The notes under the pieces were generated by a model that worked only from the letters and a program-made list of their open reading frames with translations, was not told the origin of the DNA and did not search any database. A stretch of DNA of 62,959 nt, counting the filler. It is 7 parts of 7 records of this genome, joined end to end, with 100 filler letters (N's around TTAATTAATTAA, not from the genome) between each part and the next. Parts side by side here need not be neighbours in the genome. Positions count along the whole stretch, not along the records: positions 16,299 to 23,663 come from SRR7504441_460; positions 23,764 to 29,956 come from SRR7504441_466; positions 30,057 to 34,966 come from SRR7504441_470; 4 more parts are not named here. One strand, given 5' to 3'. Below are positions 19,562-33,943 of the stretch, piece by piece (the stretch's first letter is position 1; the number at the start of each line of letters is the position of its first letter). The position numbers and the translations under genes were made by a program.

Positions 19562-22500
19562 CTACTCGAGCTCAGAAATCGGACCACCAGCACTAACCAC
19601 AGCGTGATTGTCCGGCGTGCTATCAGCTAATAATGGTGCCATGAGGACTCTTTGTACCGAGCCCCAGTCATCGAACATTGCAGCCCCAGTACTGGCGCAA
19701 ACTAGCATCATCTGGACCACAGTGCACGTCCCAAACATCGGTACAGGTGTTGGCCGTTCCCGACAATGCACTCTGACCTGAAGAAACAACAGTGAGCCAA
19801 TCCCTCGTGCTCGTAACCTTTGTCCCGTCGCGCAGTGTTGCGCCTTCTTCCCAGTAAACCTAACCACTGATGATGCACGCAAAGATCGATTTCAAGCGTG
19901 ACCTGACACTTTGCAGTCTTGATGGCTAGGTGAAAGTGCACCATTGGCCTGTCGGAGCCGCTGATTAGGGTAAACCTGAATTAAATCGGACCTTGGCTTC
20001 AGTGAACCTAGCAGGACGTTGGAGCAGCCCACAATCGAGTGCTGATCTTCACCTGTTCCTCCATTCAATACACCTAGACCCGCCTGCTTGAGCACCATAC
20101 AGTTGAGCAAAGCATTCATTCCCATACAGTACCCTATTTGTGATCGTTCGACAGTACACCTGAACCTTTGCTCAGTTGCTGCCAAGATACTACTACTCCA
20201 ACTCAATTGCACTCACCGGGCAGGTGTCGTCGTCAGCGAATGCAAACAGACTTCTACTCAGCTCGTGTGCCCCGTCCCATGCGTCGATGGTCTCGCCAAT
20301 AGACTCAATCGAGTCCAACTGATCAAGAATGAATAACTGCTGCTTAAAAAGGGCAGCACCGCAGGCAAAACCTCCCACTTCTCATTCAGCTGTACGCCGT
20401 CTTGGTCTCGGCAGAGCTTTAGCCGACGCCTCATTGGTTCATATTGAGCTGGTGGCTTGTCCTGTCGAGTGGCCGTCAATTAGGCAGTGCTAGGCATCAT
20501 CGAGCACCTCGCAATTTTCAACGTCAAACTCCCCAAAGTGCAAGTCAAACATAGTGAGCACCACCCCGGTGAGAATGTTGAGCATAATCAATACCTGGAT
20601 ACCCTGGGCTCTCGAGATCCGAACAGGCATTCAACAACCGTGATGATGCTGAAGGCCAGAAAGTATAGCACCACCCAATTACTGCCCTGCCAAGCACTCG
20701 TCAATAGCGCGTCCTGTCAGGCACATGCCGTGCACAGGATATAGCCGTTGACGATTGTCTGCCAAGTTGGTCAGTCATCCGAGATGGGCTAGCCTCAACC
20801 CACCGGCATGTTGTTCTCAATTGTTATCACAAACAGGGTAAAGGCCGCCCTCATTGGTGAGTCAAAGTTCAGGTTAGTATAGTAAGTCTCTTTTACGCTC
20901 TCTGCGAATGCGCCACTCCACTGCGCACCTGTCCAGTCGCCTGGGCCGCCGTATTGCGTCTCCTCCTGCCAGCGCTAGTGAGCTCTATGATCACCATTTG
21001 CCTGCACCGTGATACACCCAGCAAACAGTCCGTACCCAATCACTGCAAAGGTGTAGTACACCACAAAAAAGAAGAGAAGCTGAGTCAGGACCGAATAAAT
21101 GCAGCTAAGCATGGCTACGGCGAATCGGCGGCCTCGCTTCCACCTTGAACAGAGCATCGCACAACGAGCCACTCGTAGCATCATCAGACACACCACCCAG
21201 TCGCCATTGTCGAGAGAGCTGATGCACATTATGGTCCATCCGACGACCGTCGCGGCGACGTAGAGGACATCAACCCAGCCGAGAATGTGAGTATAAGACA
21301 CAAAGAACACTCGGCCCGTGGAAGACTTGACCCACGGCCACACAAACATCCAAGGGTCAGCAACAGTGGCTGCAGCAAACGCAGATAATACGATATCCAC
21401 GAAAACCAGCAGAGTTAAGACGACGATCACCCATGTATAGCTGCTCATGCTAGAATTGGACGAGAAACAGGCGAGCTGCCGCTGATGATTTGGGCCGGGC
21501 ATGTGAGATCTAAACAGAGGGGCAAGAAGAAAGCTGAAGTTGACAAGCATCACGAGCTTGAAGTAGGTACATCCGGAGAGAATTCTCGACCAAAGCGTGG
21601 CTGACGAACTGTCGCCTTGGGTGCAACTGCAAGACCTCTCGAAAACCTGCAACAGCTGGTATAGATTTCCTTCAACGATGGCATTGGCAATGGCATATCG
21701 CTTTGGTGAGTAGTATGTACTCGCTGGGCTGCGTTTGAATAGGGGCGCACGGTAGCTTTTAACAAAATGGACGAACTCGTTGCAAGAGAGCGATCCAGTT
21801 GAGCCAACATCATGCAACACAAACCACAGCTCTGGATAGCCAGTCGATCGGTCAGCCACTAGGTCCACCAGTTCGGCAAAAGTGTCGTAATTCAGCTGGC
21901 GAGAGCCGAGCGCAGCGTAGACGCCAGCTAGCAACTGCCTGGCGTGCTGCTCTCTAATTTGTATGAGCCACTTGACGCGTGCCATGTAGAAGTTACAAAT
22001 CACCGCCAGTAGCACATTGAGCAGAAACAGCACATTAATGAGTAAGAACGATACCAATACAAGGCAATAGTACAACTTGAGATCGATCATTCCCATCCAG
22101 ATCTACCGACCCCAATTCAGACCGAGCACCAGGCCGGGCGGGCTGTCACATCCGGGTTGTTGCTGGTGGTCAGGAGCCCGTAGAGGCTGTAGAGAGACAT
22201 CCAGGTGTCTGGAACGAAGAATCAGATCAAATCCCACGTTATCATATGCCCATTATGACGATTGTTATGAGCGTCATTGCTACTACAAGTATTACATGAT
22301 TGCACCTGGAAAGAAGTATTCGAGTTCCCATTCAGTCTGGCTTTTCACGCCGCCGTACTCATAGTTGTGTTCTCTCACAGCGTATAACACCCCCCACCTA
22401 CATCTCCGAATGAGCTCACCCCAGCATCCATGTCACATGAGATAGAAGTGGCCGATAAATGAGAGCCCGAGGAAGAACGCAACGGGCATCGAATGATACA

Positions 22501-23349
22501 GCATCGCAACACAAGAGGTCACCGACTTGCGCAGGTCACCTAGAAGGTAGACAAGCACATAGCCATGCGACAACCGTGATAGCACGAAAAACCCGCTGTA
22601 CACTCTGCCAGATCTGCACACAACAGCAGGCCTGAGAGGCCCAAGGCTTATGCGCGTGGCTCACGTTGTATACTTTACATACTTGAATGACGGGGCTTCG
22701 TGGTTGTTGTAGTCCCAAGGGATGCAGGCCGACACTATGAGCAACAGCAGTGCAGAAAGGTTCACCACGCCCAGACCGACCAGCCACCACTGCTCCCAGG
22801 CAGCTGCCCCACCTGCCGGCGTGCCCCACCGGCTGGGCGGCATGCAATACACCCTGCCGCACCAGCAGCTCATCAGGTCGCCACGCATGGCTAGGCGGGC
22901 AGTGCCACTCACTGCAGCGCGAACCAGACGAGCCAATACACCGCGACCGCTGCTTCCAGCCCGGCCAGCGCTTGCTGGAACCCCCGGCTGAAGTCGTGGC
23001 TCATTTTGTCGTGAACAAACCTAATTCCAGTCGGGTCTTGGAAGAGTGTTATGAACATCATCAGGCTGACCAGCAACAAGTTGGCCCGGGACAGCCACCG
23101 CCGGTGCATCCAAAGGTTCAGTCGGAGCGCCAGCCCGCTGTCGAGCCAGATCGATTCGAGCTCCTGGCCGCCGTCTGGGCTGGCCACCGAGCGGTAGGTG
23201 CTGATCTGATCCCAACTCACGTCACGCACCACTATCTGCAGCGGCGTGAGCTCGGCCGGCACCACCGGCTGCTGCCCAGCGAACCACGCCGGTTGGGCCG
23301 GCGGGTCCGGTGCGGCTGAGTCGGCAGCGCCGGCTGGCTCGAGGTTCAT
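19562..23349 (-). CDS. TPC1: Two-pore channel (TPC) family cation channel with many tiny introns; 3' end uncertain
   Basis: First S6 LFLLNVLLAVI, EF-hand-like linker DVGSTGSLSCNEF, Arg-rich S4, pore YYTNLNFDSPMRAAFTLFVITIENN and second S6 VLIMLNILTGVVL. Exons between 20480 and 19562 are tentatively attached. Confidence 0.75.
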
Positions 23350-23453
23350 TCAGTCGCGCTCAGAGCTGCTGCCAAGAGGCCTCCCCGACTTGTGCCGGCC
23401 ATCGGTGCCGTTGTGCTGCCGTTACTGTTGGAGAATCTCGGCGGGCCGGCGGC

Positions 23454-23663
23454 ATGGACGGCAACGGCGACGGCCAGGAGCTCGACCGTCTATTCCGGTG
23501 GTTCCTCATGGGGTGCGGCGCCTGGCCGCACAGGACTGACCCAGGGGCAGCACGCTCGACCCCGGGAGCGCCGGGGTTTGGCGACTCCGAGGCGACTTTC
23601 GGATCATCCAATTGATTCGGGCCAAACTCACCCCACCCAAACTGCTCCCGAGCTCCGTGGTGC
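23454..23663 (+). CDS. 5' fragment of an unidentified gene truncated by a linker
   Basis: ATG lies 104 bp from the TPC start, across two CCGTTR motifs. Confidence 0.3.
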
Positions 23664-23952
23664 NNNNNNNNNNNNNNNNNNNNNNNNNNNNNNNNNNNNN
23701 NNNNNNNTTAATTAATTAANNNNNNNNNNNNNNNNNNNNNNNNNNNNNNNNNNNNNNNNNNNNCAGGATCCCAGGCCGACGGTGCTCGCCCAGTTTGGTC
23801 GGGTGCGTGAACAACGGCGTCGAGTACACGCCCACCATTGTGACCGGCCCACAACGGCATCTTGTTACCGCGTGCCAGAGTCCGGGTGTCCGGCGTAGAT
23901 CTAGCTTACTGACTGACAAGTAATGGTTTATTATCTCTAGACTATGATTCTA

Positions 23953-26900
23953 TCAAACCTCCACAAGCGCGAAATCGACCACATCATTACATGTACTATC
24001 CTTAACATCGTGATCCGATTCGGACTCGTCCACGGTTTCAAACCCGTATTCCTCCTCATCCATTACCTGCTTTGCTTCAAATAGCATATTTTCATGGAGA
24101 TGATCAACACCATTAGCAGTACCCTCGACAGCCAACATGTTCGCTTCTGAGACTGACGATCTTTCTGCCTTGAATTTAGTGAAATGCTCTTTAGCGCTGT
24201 TTCTCATTTCTTGCCGTTCGTGGACAGGTCGAGCCCGCAGCTGCTCATTAAAGCCGGACGACTCGAAAAAGACATCCCAGTCTTGATCGTCTTGTGTGTC
24301 GGGGATGCTCGCTAAGAACTCAGTTTCGCTCTCCTTGTCCCTGTCTTGGTCTTGGCTGACTAGAAGATTCAGTGTGTTCTCAGTGACGTAGTCCCTTCGA
24401 CGCTGGTTAAACCTTTCGTGGAGGGCCAAAATGGACAAGCCCAGGAGAAGCACTACGCTCCACTCAATAAGCAGCCACCCGAAGACCAAAAAGTCGTGAG
24501 AAAAGTCATACAGAATCGCACCAGCGTAGTCTGGGTTATGCACGTCCGGCCAGCCGATGTCCACGCCGTTCCATATCCACGCCGGAAAGATGATCAGTAC
24601 AGCACACCCACTTATGATGATGCACAAAGCTCTGACATTGTTCATCATTTGCCTGAGCCGTTTGAGCACACCAGTCTCGGCCCGCCGGGCAAAGATAGTG
24701 TAGTCGGCGTCACCGAGATGGTTGCTGGCCGAATTCGCGCTAGCGGAGAAATCTTGAAATGAATGAGCCTGGTCATGGTTTTCCAGATGATCCAGTTCTA
24801 CCTCAGAGTCAAACGGGCGATCCATCATGGGCACATGGAGCGCCAGATCGTCCTCATGGTTGGTTATGATCGGTATCCAGTCCAGGATGATCATCCGAGT
24901 AACTATGACCAGGCTCATTAATATCAGTCCTCCGCCAGCGAGCATCAGTGCTGAATACCCCCAGAGACGAGTCTCGCATGGGCAGCTCCCACCAGCCGCC
25001 TTATAATCTGCGTATTCCTGGCTGTAACACTTGGGGCGTCCCTCTAGATGGGCATCCCTTGCAGCTTTCTGTGCAGAGATGGATGTGACCATCAGTGCAC
25101 CCAGCACTGAAAGCACCATTATGCTCGAGGCAAGGATCAGCCATCTGTGCTTTATAGGGGGCGTGAGAAGCATGTTTCCAGCTCGGTATAAGTGAATGTT
25201 GATCAACGGGAGCAAAGCAGAGAGGATTATTGCACACAATAAAATCCAGCCCAGGGCCGTATCCTTGCTGCCCCCAGCAAGCCAATTCCAGCCATCATCA
25301 CTGGAGAATGAGTAGATCACCAAACAGATAATCGCCGATGCGATACCATGGAGCCGCATTGCCTGACCTGTGCATGCGTGTAGGATCGCTGGCATGGCAA
25401 ACACAGTGAACAATGGCGTGACCAGGCCTGTTGTCCAGTTAGCGAGCTGACTTGGACAAGCGTCATCATAATTGTATTCGTCGTTGCATACCCAAGTGTT
25501 CCGGATAAATATCACGATCGCAAAGTAAGACGGCATCAGGTCGAGCCCTAGGAAACATATGAGACCAATCCACAGGAGCTTGCAGCGATTATACCACTTA
25601 CCATCATTCGACCAGTAGCTGCGCACACCCAGTGTGATTCCGTGGCGGTTAAGCACACCATAGGAGGGGTACAGATTGTCCATACTGCATTTGAGCTGCT
25701 CGATGCCTTCAATCGCAAAGACAAAGTCAGGTGTCTCCTCATGAGGTTCTGTTTCAACCTCATCCGGGTCTTTCTTTTCATCGGCATGCTTGCCAGCAGA
25801 GAAGATTGTGCTTAGAGCGCCGAGGCCATCGAAGAGGTGTGCGAGCGAGTATGTTGTCCAAGCAATGTCCAACACGCCCACACCATGAAGAAAGGAACCG
25901 CGATTCGTCATCTGATGCGCAATACGGGAAAGTTTGTTCTCATCTGACGTGCCAAATTTGATCTTGAGGTTCGGATGTCCGGTTTCAGGGGACAATAAAA
26001 CTGTGATGAACGCTACTTGAGGGTCTAGCATCATTGCAAGCCAGCGATCTATAACCTCGTCACGTACTGCTGAAGTCACACTCACGCCGACGACGTAAAT
26101 ACAAATCCGCTTTTTGTGTGAATTGTATACAATCACCGGCGCATCAAAGTCCAAATTGATCTCGCCATTTCTCGCAACGTTACATCGCAGTGCCCGGAAG
26201 GTGACTTTCAGTTCTCCAGAGGTTTTGTAGGTCAGCTTGCAGCCATTTGTATCCGTGGGATCCAATGCTTTCAAACGCATATCACACGAGTTGTAATCTG
26301 CGATCGAAATCAGATCTCTGAGCTCATCCACGTCTGTGCCAAAAAAGTCCTCTTCATGTGGGCTACGCTCTTTCTTGCTCTCGATCTTGTGGACTTGATC
26401 ATTGAGCATTTGTGAGAGCTCCCGGGCACCTGCAAGCGACACTGCCGCGTGTCGCCTGACTCGGCGCCAGAATTTGGTCACAATCTTGTCCTTTGAAGCT
26501 GGGATACTGGGTTGCTCCGGTCTTCCATTAGAGGCTTGTTGCGTGTAAGACCGCCTGACCCGTGACACTTCCGAATCTCGTATCGCCAAGCTTGTTGTTC
26601 GGACGATGCTGAGCTTGGCCCAATAGAGCTCTTCGGATGCATCATTCAGCATTTCACGAATTCTCGAGGGCGGCGGAGGTCCGATCTCCATCGTACCAGG
26701 AGTCGAATGTCGTTCTGGAAATCGGCCGAGCAGAGAGGGGAAATCACAGACTAGCAAGCCATCATGGAAGTCAATCTTAATTGGGGCCAGAGCAGTCAGC
26801 GAGCCTGTGAACTCCCCTGGTGCTATATAGATTGCTTGGACATTGTGACAGAGACTGGCCCGTATAATGAATGCTCCTTCTTCCATACCTTTCAATGCCT

Positions 26901-29643
26901 GTACCACCGCTGCCCTCGCCTTTTCACGGACCCGCTGTATTGCCTCGCTGCTTAGCTCATATCCTGCTCCCATCCTCGCCACAGTGGACGGTGAGCGTGG
27001 AATATCAGCACTCTCGGTCTTAATTGCATCCAAGACTCCGGAAAACACGGCCAGTTTAGTGTGCACAAACCGAAAGGTCACAGTTGAGCCTCGAGGAAGA
27101 AGCATCGTGTCTAGCTTGAATATGCCTTCACCAGCAACAAGTCTGACATAAGAGGCTACAAGAGCATCTCGTTGCTGACTAGCAGCCATCATGTAGATGA
27201 CTGGGTCTTCATCGTCGTCGTCTTTGGACTCCTTGAGTACGTTATTTTTCCAGGTGTAAGCCTTGAGGAACATCAGGGGGAATGATGCGGTGTGTTCGTG
27301 TACGCGAGCCTCGGGATGAATGGCCACTGTGAAGTAATGTTTTCCTGAGCCTTTGGACACAGCGTGTAGTTCATCTAATTGGCCCCTGCACTGCAAATGG
27401 TTCGACCTATACGACTTTTCTTGTCCATCAAGCAGCACTTTGACCATCCCAGGATTCCATTTCGGATCTTCGACGATGGCGACTCGGCCATAGTGCGTAC
27501 TGCCTGGTTTCGCGATTTCAACCTCGTCACCTTTGGCAAAGCGATTTTTTTTGGCGCCTGCTTGGTCCGATCTGGCCCGCTTTTTGGGACATCCTTGCGA
27601 CTCGTAAATCGCACGCTTCTCGTCGAACGATCCACAATTGTCAATCACAACCGCTCCTGGAGAAGCGACAAGGCACTCGACCTGTCCAGACTGGCTAGTT
27701 GTGCCTGGCAAGATCACAATCGGAGCCGCAATGTGCATCTTGACTTTTATGTCGTCGGCTCGAGATATTGGCGGTCTTCCACGTATCACTATGTAATAGA
27801 GCCCAGCGTCGACCTCCTCTTCTGTATGCAGATCCAGCCTTAAATACCTGCCACCGCACAATCAAGCCGGCCGTCGACACCAAACTCACCTCAGATCAGC
27901 AACCAGATGCTCAGTCTGTAGCGTGGTGGGGGCGTCGGCGCGTATCTTAGTAATCGAGATGAGCGGCTTGAACGTGTCAGCCCTACGAGAACTTGTATCC
28001 GAGCCGTACACAGCAACGCGTGGAACCGCCAGATTCTTATCGAGAGGCGCCGGGCAGAGCTCGACGCTGTGGACCTCGAACGTATCGTCCAGGTCGAACA
28101 CCACCTCGGTGCAGGCCTCTCCACCGAGCGCGGCGCTCTTTCGACGGAACCAATAGTAAGACTCGGTCTGTTTGGTGTGTTCAACGTCTTGAGAATTCGG
28201 GTGAACGAACAGCGTGCGCTTGGAATCGGCCGCCACGGTGAGCTGTGTGGCGCTCAACGTCCTGTCTGGGATCCCATGCTGCTGGTGGAGCACGCCGGCA
28301 GGGATCTTGCCTACTGGCAGAAGCTGCTCCGTTGGCTTGGGCGGCGGAGTCTGGTCGGGGAGGGTTGAAGCCTTTGCCGGGGGTGGCAAGTTGGTGAGAA
28401 TGTATTTGAGCCCGGCCATGATCGGCTCAGTGAGCAGGAGCAGCTGCATCGGGACCACAACGTCCAGCTTCAGCTTGGACCCAAACAGCAGCCGATCTGC
28501 TGGGCTGAGCAGCTGGTTCCTGTGCAGCTCTATCAAACTCTCGCTGGCAGCGTCCTCACTAAACTGTCCAGCCTGGCCGTAGTTGTGGTTCAAATTGGTC
28601 GCAAAGATCTCGATCAAGTTTGACGTATGCCCGAGCGACTTAGCCAGCCCGAGCACCCGCGCAGCCTGCCCCGGCGGCCCGACACTCGCAGCTATGGACT
28701 TGAACCTCACCTGAAGAATCACCTTCGGGTCCAGCAGCAGGTGCTCAATCCACAGCCGGACGGTGGTGTCTTTCTTCTGCTCGCCGTCCTCCATCTCCAG
28801 GTCCCGCTCGATCACGATCTGCGGCGACAGTTGAGTCCACTGCTCCCAATCGTCCATCCCGCGCGCCTGGCCCTCGGCTCGAGACCACTTCTCGGGCCCG
28901 GCCTGCACGGTCAGCTTGGTCAGCTGGAGCGTCAGATCCAAGTGGTCCAGGTCAAACCGCTGCCCCCGGGCGCTGCTGTGCGACAGCTTGAGCTCCTCAA
29001 ACTTGAGCAGCACGGGACCGCGGAACGGCGCCCTCGACGCCGGGTCCGAATTCCCTTTCAGCGCGAGCTCAAACTCCTTGAATTCAACCACCACGTTCAT
29101 CAGCGCCTTGAGCAGGTAGTCCGTTGCATTTGAGGCCAGCGGTGTGAACAGCGCTGAGAACAGCCCGCCCTGTGACTCCTCGGCCGCCTCCGGCCCGGCT
29201 GGCTCCGCCGCTGGCTGGGGGGCTGCCCGGCGGGCCGGCTGCTCGCCGTACCGGTCGGTGCCTAGCGCCAGCCGGGCCCCGACCACCTCCAGGGTGCTCT
29301 GCTCCTCTCGGGCCAGTCGGAGGTTGATCTGCATTTTGTCTATCTTCTGGAAGGCCAGTTCGAACCCGGTGTATTCAAACAGCAGCGCGGCGAGCGCCGG
29401 CTGGAGCTGCAGGTCGCGGGCCGTCACGGTGAGCCCCCCGGGCACGTTCTGGTGCTCGATGACCGAGCCGGGGCCCGGGGTGATCCACTTTTGCAGCGCC
29501 TTGAGCAGCTGCTCGTCTATCGAGTCGATTGCTCCAACCGCCGCCAGCCCCTCGAGACCGCCGTGCAGCGTGTTCTTGCCGAACGCCATCGCCTGGTCCC
29601 GCAGCCATACGCCCCACGAGCGCTGGTCCGGCTGGCTGGCCAT
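23953..29643 (-). CDS. ~1880-aa protein: Chorein/VPS13-N-like N-terminus, beta-sandwich and KOW/SH3-like modules, multi-pass membrane C-terminus; one intron (27848-27889)
   Basis: A 42-nt GT-AG intron joins the 654-aa and 1302-aa ORFs (ADLR-YLRLDL). About 8 hydrophobic helices lie in 24400-25600. Confidence 0.75.
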
Positions 29644-30056
29644 CACCGCCCGGCGCTCACCAGTACCCTCATCTGCCTTGTGACAGCACGGTGGTGTCCG
29701 TTTTCTCGATTTTCGTGAATGGTGCTGACACTCATCACGGACCCTAGACTTTTTTTGAGACTCTACCGTACCAGGTAGGTACGTACTGTCGTACTGTACG
29801 TCAATTAAGCTTACACGTACGGCCCTTCGTGTGGATAGAAAATCAAACACAAGCGCTATTCAGTTCCCCAAATACTCGTATACAATGATACTAAAACGCG
29901 AGTTCCTAGGACACTACGCAGCCTTCTTCTTGCTCCGGTTGCGGCCCGGTCGGCTTNNNNNNNNNNNNNNNNNNNNNNNNNNNNNNNNNNNNNNNNNNNN
30001 TTAATTAATTAANNNNNNNNNNNNNNNNNNNNNNNNNNNNNNNNNNNNNNNNNNNN

Positions 30057-30824
30057 GCGCTCATCTTCCTTCTGTTGCTCTTCTCGAGCAAGCGCAGCAT
30101 CACTGGCTATCTGAGGCTGCCTCCGCCGACCCGCATTCTGAAGCTGCCGCGCCACTTCTGCGTCATCCGCTATCTGTTGGTCCCTGGCGCTCTTCCGACA
30201 GACTGCAGCGTCTGTGCGGTGCTGCTGTGCTACTGCAGTCTGCCCCCCGTACGCTGACCTGCGCTGCGGCTGAGGCTGGTGTGCGTTCAGGTCGGATTTC
30301 TGCTTACGGTGCCTCTCCACAGTGGATCCTTGGCCAACGGCTAGTTCTTTAAGAAGGCCCTGCTTGCCGGCCTGCACCTGGCCGAGCTTGATATCCTGGC
30401 CAGCTGCCACCTTCGCTGCCATAGGAGCCAGCCCCTCCTCCATGCTCCGCGACACGGGACCGCCTCTCGGCACAAACTCTCCCCACTGTTCTGCAGGAAC
30501 ATCCGCATCTGAGCCCGCGTCCGGGATCCAGGTCAGCCCGGCATTTGTACAGCTGCGCTTCGGGCGGCTGCGCTGCTGTTGATCTAGATCGCGAGCATAC
30601 TGGGCGTCAGCCTTCACCTGCTGGCGCCGGCCCTGTCTATATCCATCGGGGCACTCGACAATACCGCCCGATGTGGCATTGGCATAGCCCCGATGTTGTG
30701 GCATTGGCTCACCAGACCATCCCTCCGTCCAGCCACTCTTGGGCGGATCCGGTCCGCGGTCGTTGGGCGGCGAGACCTGTACCACATCGTCCTTCTCGTC
30801 GTCGACGCAAAAGCTAGTGTGCAT
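30057..30824 (-). CDS. Hypothetical protein with repeated D-x-x-(L/V/Y)-A-R-x-L/E-Q (MIU-like) motifs; 3' truncated
   Basis: DAQYARDLD, DDAEVARQLQ and SDAALAREEQ; the ORF runs into the linker. Start codon uncertain. Confidence 0.45.
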
Positions 30825-31041
30825 AGTGCATCTGCCGTCCTGTGCACGACGCCTCTCGGGTCGGGGCTCTGGCACCCGGTCGGTGTCTCCGGTCTCCCGG
30901 GCTGGCCCGTTCCCCGATGAGTTGCCCGTGGTGTTGTAACCAGGTGTCCTCCGGGTCTCAGCAAGCCGGGGCTTCGATCCGTTGCCGCTTCAAGCCAGCC
31001 AGCTGTGCGGCCAGAGCTGCAGCCCGTCGCCGCAGCCCTCC

Positions 31042-32391
31042 ATGGAGGCGCTGTACGACGAGATGGTCCGGCTGGGGATCGGCGAGCACAACACGGGCTT
31101 CATGGTGGCCGGGGTGGACTCGCCGGCCGCGCTGGCGGCGCTCACTGACGACCAGCTCTACGAGTTGGGGATAGAATCGGCCTCCGAGCGCCAGAGACTG
31201 CTGCGCGAGCTGGCCGCGCAAGCTCAGCCCGAGCAGCCGGCCCCGACCGCTAGCGAGCCTGTAGCTCCACCGCAGCTGGCCGAGGCCTCTGGGGGAGAGC
31301 TGCAGGCCGAGCTGGAAGTGCTGCGGGCCCAGCTGGCGGAGAGCGAGTCGGCGCGCGAACAACAGCAGCAGCAGCACAACGCCGAGCTCGAAGCGATCTG
31401 GCAGGAGGGCGAGGGCAAGCGGGTGTCCGTCCAAGCTGAGCTGGACAGCCTGCGAGTGGCGTCTGAGGCGCGGCGGCAGGAGGCGGCAGAGTGCGTGCAC
31501 AGGCTGGAGGTGGAGTTGGATCGGGAGCGCGAGGGCGGGCGGCAGGCGATCAGGAAGGAGTTGGACCAATTCATGATGCAGGCGGGCTGTCCGACCAGCA
31601 GGGCAGAACTCGGGCGCAGGTGAGTCGGCTGACGGAGGCCAATCAGGAGCTGGAGCAGCAGCTGGCCAGTGCGCAGAGTGAGGCGGCTGAGAAGCTGATG
31701 GCGAGCCGCCGGGCCTACCGTCGTGAGGGGAGGGGCAGGGGCTGGAGAGCGAGCTGGGCGAGCGTGAGCAGTATATCGAGCAGTTTCGGTCGGAGATGAA
31801 CGCTCAACTAGTTAGCTGCGTGAGTTGAGGCTAAACGGCTAGTGTGACCGGGTGCTGGCAGCGCAAGGCATCGCGAGAAGTCGAGGCGGAAGCACAGGGA
31901 CGGGTAGCGCAGCTTCAATTGGAGAAGACTGATGTCCAGAACAAGCTGCGAGCTGCAGAGGCCGAGCTTGTAGAGCTAGTAAAGGAATTCAATTTGCGGG
32001 CGTGCAGGATGAAAGAGGAGAAGAGCACAGGTGGGGCGCCGGCCAGCTGGCTCTGAGGGCTGTCGTAGCGTTCGATGAGGTGAAGAACCAGCTGTTGAGC
32101 GGGCTGGGCGACATGTGCAGGTTGGCTTGCGAGGATAGCGGTGATGCAGTCGATAGTTTAGAGGTCGAGGGGCTGATAGATCTAGTATTTGGCCCGTTGG
32201 TGCACCCTGTCGGCGACAAGCCCCTGGAGCAGGCCGGCCATCCGCTGCCCGGAGCGGATCCCGAGGAGCAGCTTGAGCTATCCCGGGAACCACAAGTCGA
32301 CAGCAGCTCCTCAACAAATAGAGGGATGGTCGACAAAATTCTAGGCTTTGCCGAATATCTCATGCCGCCAGCAGCGTCCAATAACGGGTAG
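31042..32391 (+). CDS. SAM-domain coiled-coil protein, spliced
   Basis: LAALTDDQLYELGIESASERQRLL (SAM), then heptad-rich exons. GC-AG intron at 31582-31619. Confidence 0.65.
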
Positions 32392-32471
32392 AGCTCTTGT
32401 AATTAATTTTATCATAAAATAAGAAAGCATGGACGATGTACCGGTCGCGCTCTTCTATCTAAAGCACGTGC

Positions 32472-33853
32472 TCAATGCTGGGCGGATCGTCGAGCCTTGA
32501 GTGTGCTGCTTCCCCGAAGACACTCGATTGCATCAACAAATACTTTCGCCTCATACTTGGCAAAGCCTCTCGTAAACTCTTCCCGACTGAGCACGCCCGA
32601 CCTTGAGGCGTTGAGCGCCCGAAACAGCTCTCTGCTCTCCTGCTGGTTGGATAAGTACAACTACACTGTATGTGAGAGTAAGCACACCTGCTCTGACAGC
32701 CCCATGTCGCTCATCAAGTCGCAAAACCTCTCTGAGTCAACCCGCTTCTCATCAGCCAGCCCAGCCTCAGCCCACTCCTCAGCGGCCAGCTCCTCATCTA
32801 CTCCATCACCCCACTCGGGTGCCAGACCCGACTCCACAGCCCGTGATTGGAACACATGCGCCCCGGGCACAAAGTACTTGCGAGATGGGTCCATCACAAA
32901 TGGGTACCCGCTCAGTCGGGCCCGGCCATCCGCTTCGCTGATTGTCAATTCAACCTCGGAAGCGGGTGCCTCTGCCTCATCGTTTTGAGTGGCACTTGGT
33001 ATCAACCCAGCATCGGCTAAGCTTGCACGACGAGACTGATAGACGCCGGTGCCACGCCGGTTCATTATGCTGGAGTTAACATCGGGAACGTCAGTCACTC
33101 CAGCATACTTGCGAACAGCACGCTCCAGCGAACTGCCCAAAGTACGAAATGACAGCCATGCTTCCTGTAGATTGGTTTTGCACGAAATGAGCTCTGCCAG
33201 CCGTTTTGATCGCTGATCCTGCAACTCGATTAGCTCTGTATCAGGACAGCTGACACGCAACGCATTGAGCAGTGGCTCAAACTCCTCTTCCTCCGCCCAC
33301 GCATTTTCCAAGAGGCTCCAATTATCTGTCCTCTGTATGTTTCCAAACTCCTTGTTTCGCATCAAAGTTGAGAGCAAGCCATGCTGGCTTGCTACTTGAA
33401 CAAAGGACGAGGGACTCATAGTGTTATCTGAGCTCTGCGCCTCCCAGAACAAACTCGTAACCTCTCGCGTTCCTGCAGATTAATCGTCAAGCAATCAAAC
33501 GCGAGCTGCTGCACTTCGTGGTTGCTCTGGCTGAGGGTCTTGGGCACAAGCGTCGGGTGGTTGCGATTGAACCTGAGCCCGTCCACCGCAGAGCTCATCT
33601 TGGCGTTCTTGGAGTTGACGGATGCGAAGTAAAAGGGCGGCGCTGTCTGTGACAGCGCGCTCTTGCTGCGTCCCTGCTGCTGGACCAAACGCGGCAGTAC
33701 TTGGGTGCCTGATTTGCGCGTCTTGCGGTCGAGCTCGGCGTAGCTCGGGGCCGGCCGGATCCTCACTCCGTTGCCCTTGTTGGTGTGCGCCCCCGCGAAC
33801 GCAGTCCCCTCCGGGAACAGCGAGTAGCCCGGGCTCGGCGGAGCGTCCTGCAT
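32472..33853 (-). CDS. Hypothetical protein with a C-terminal EF-hand, spliced
   Basis: Three collinear ORFs; LFRALNASRSGVLSREEF EF loop. Exon junctions not fully resolved. Confidence 0.55.
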
Positions 33854-33943
33854 CCCACGCCACCGGAGCTCAAGCTCGGACCCGCGCGGCGGCCATTTTG
33901 GGAGTGGTCAGCAGAACCTGTCGGAAGAAATCTCGAGCTCAAG

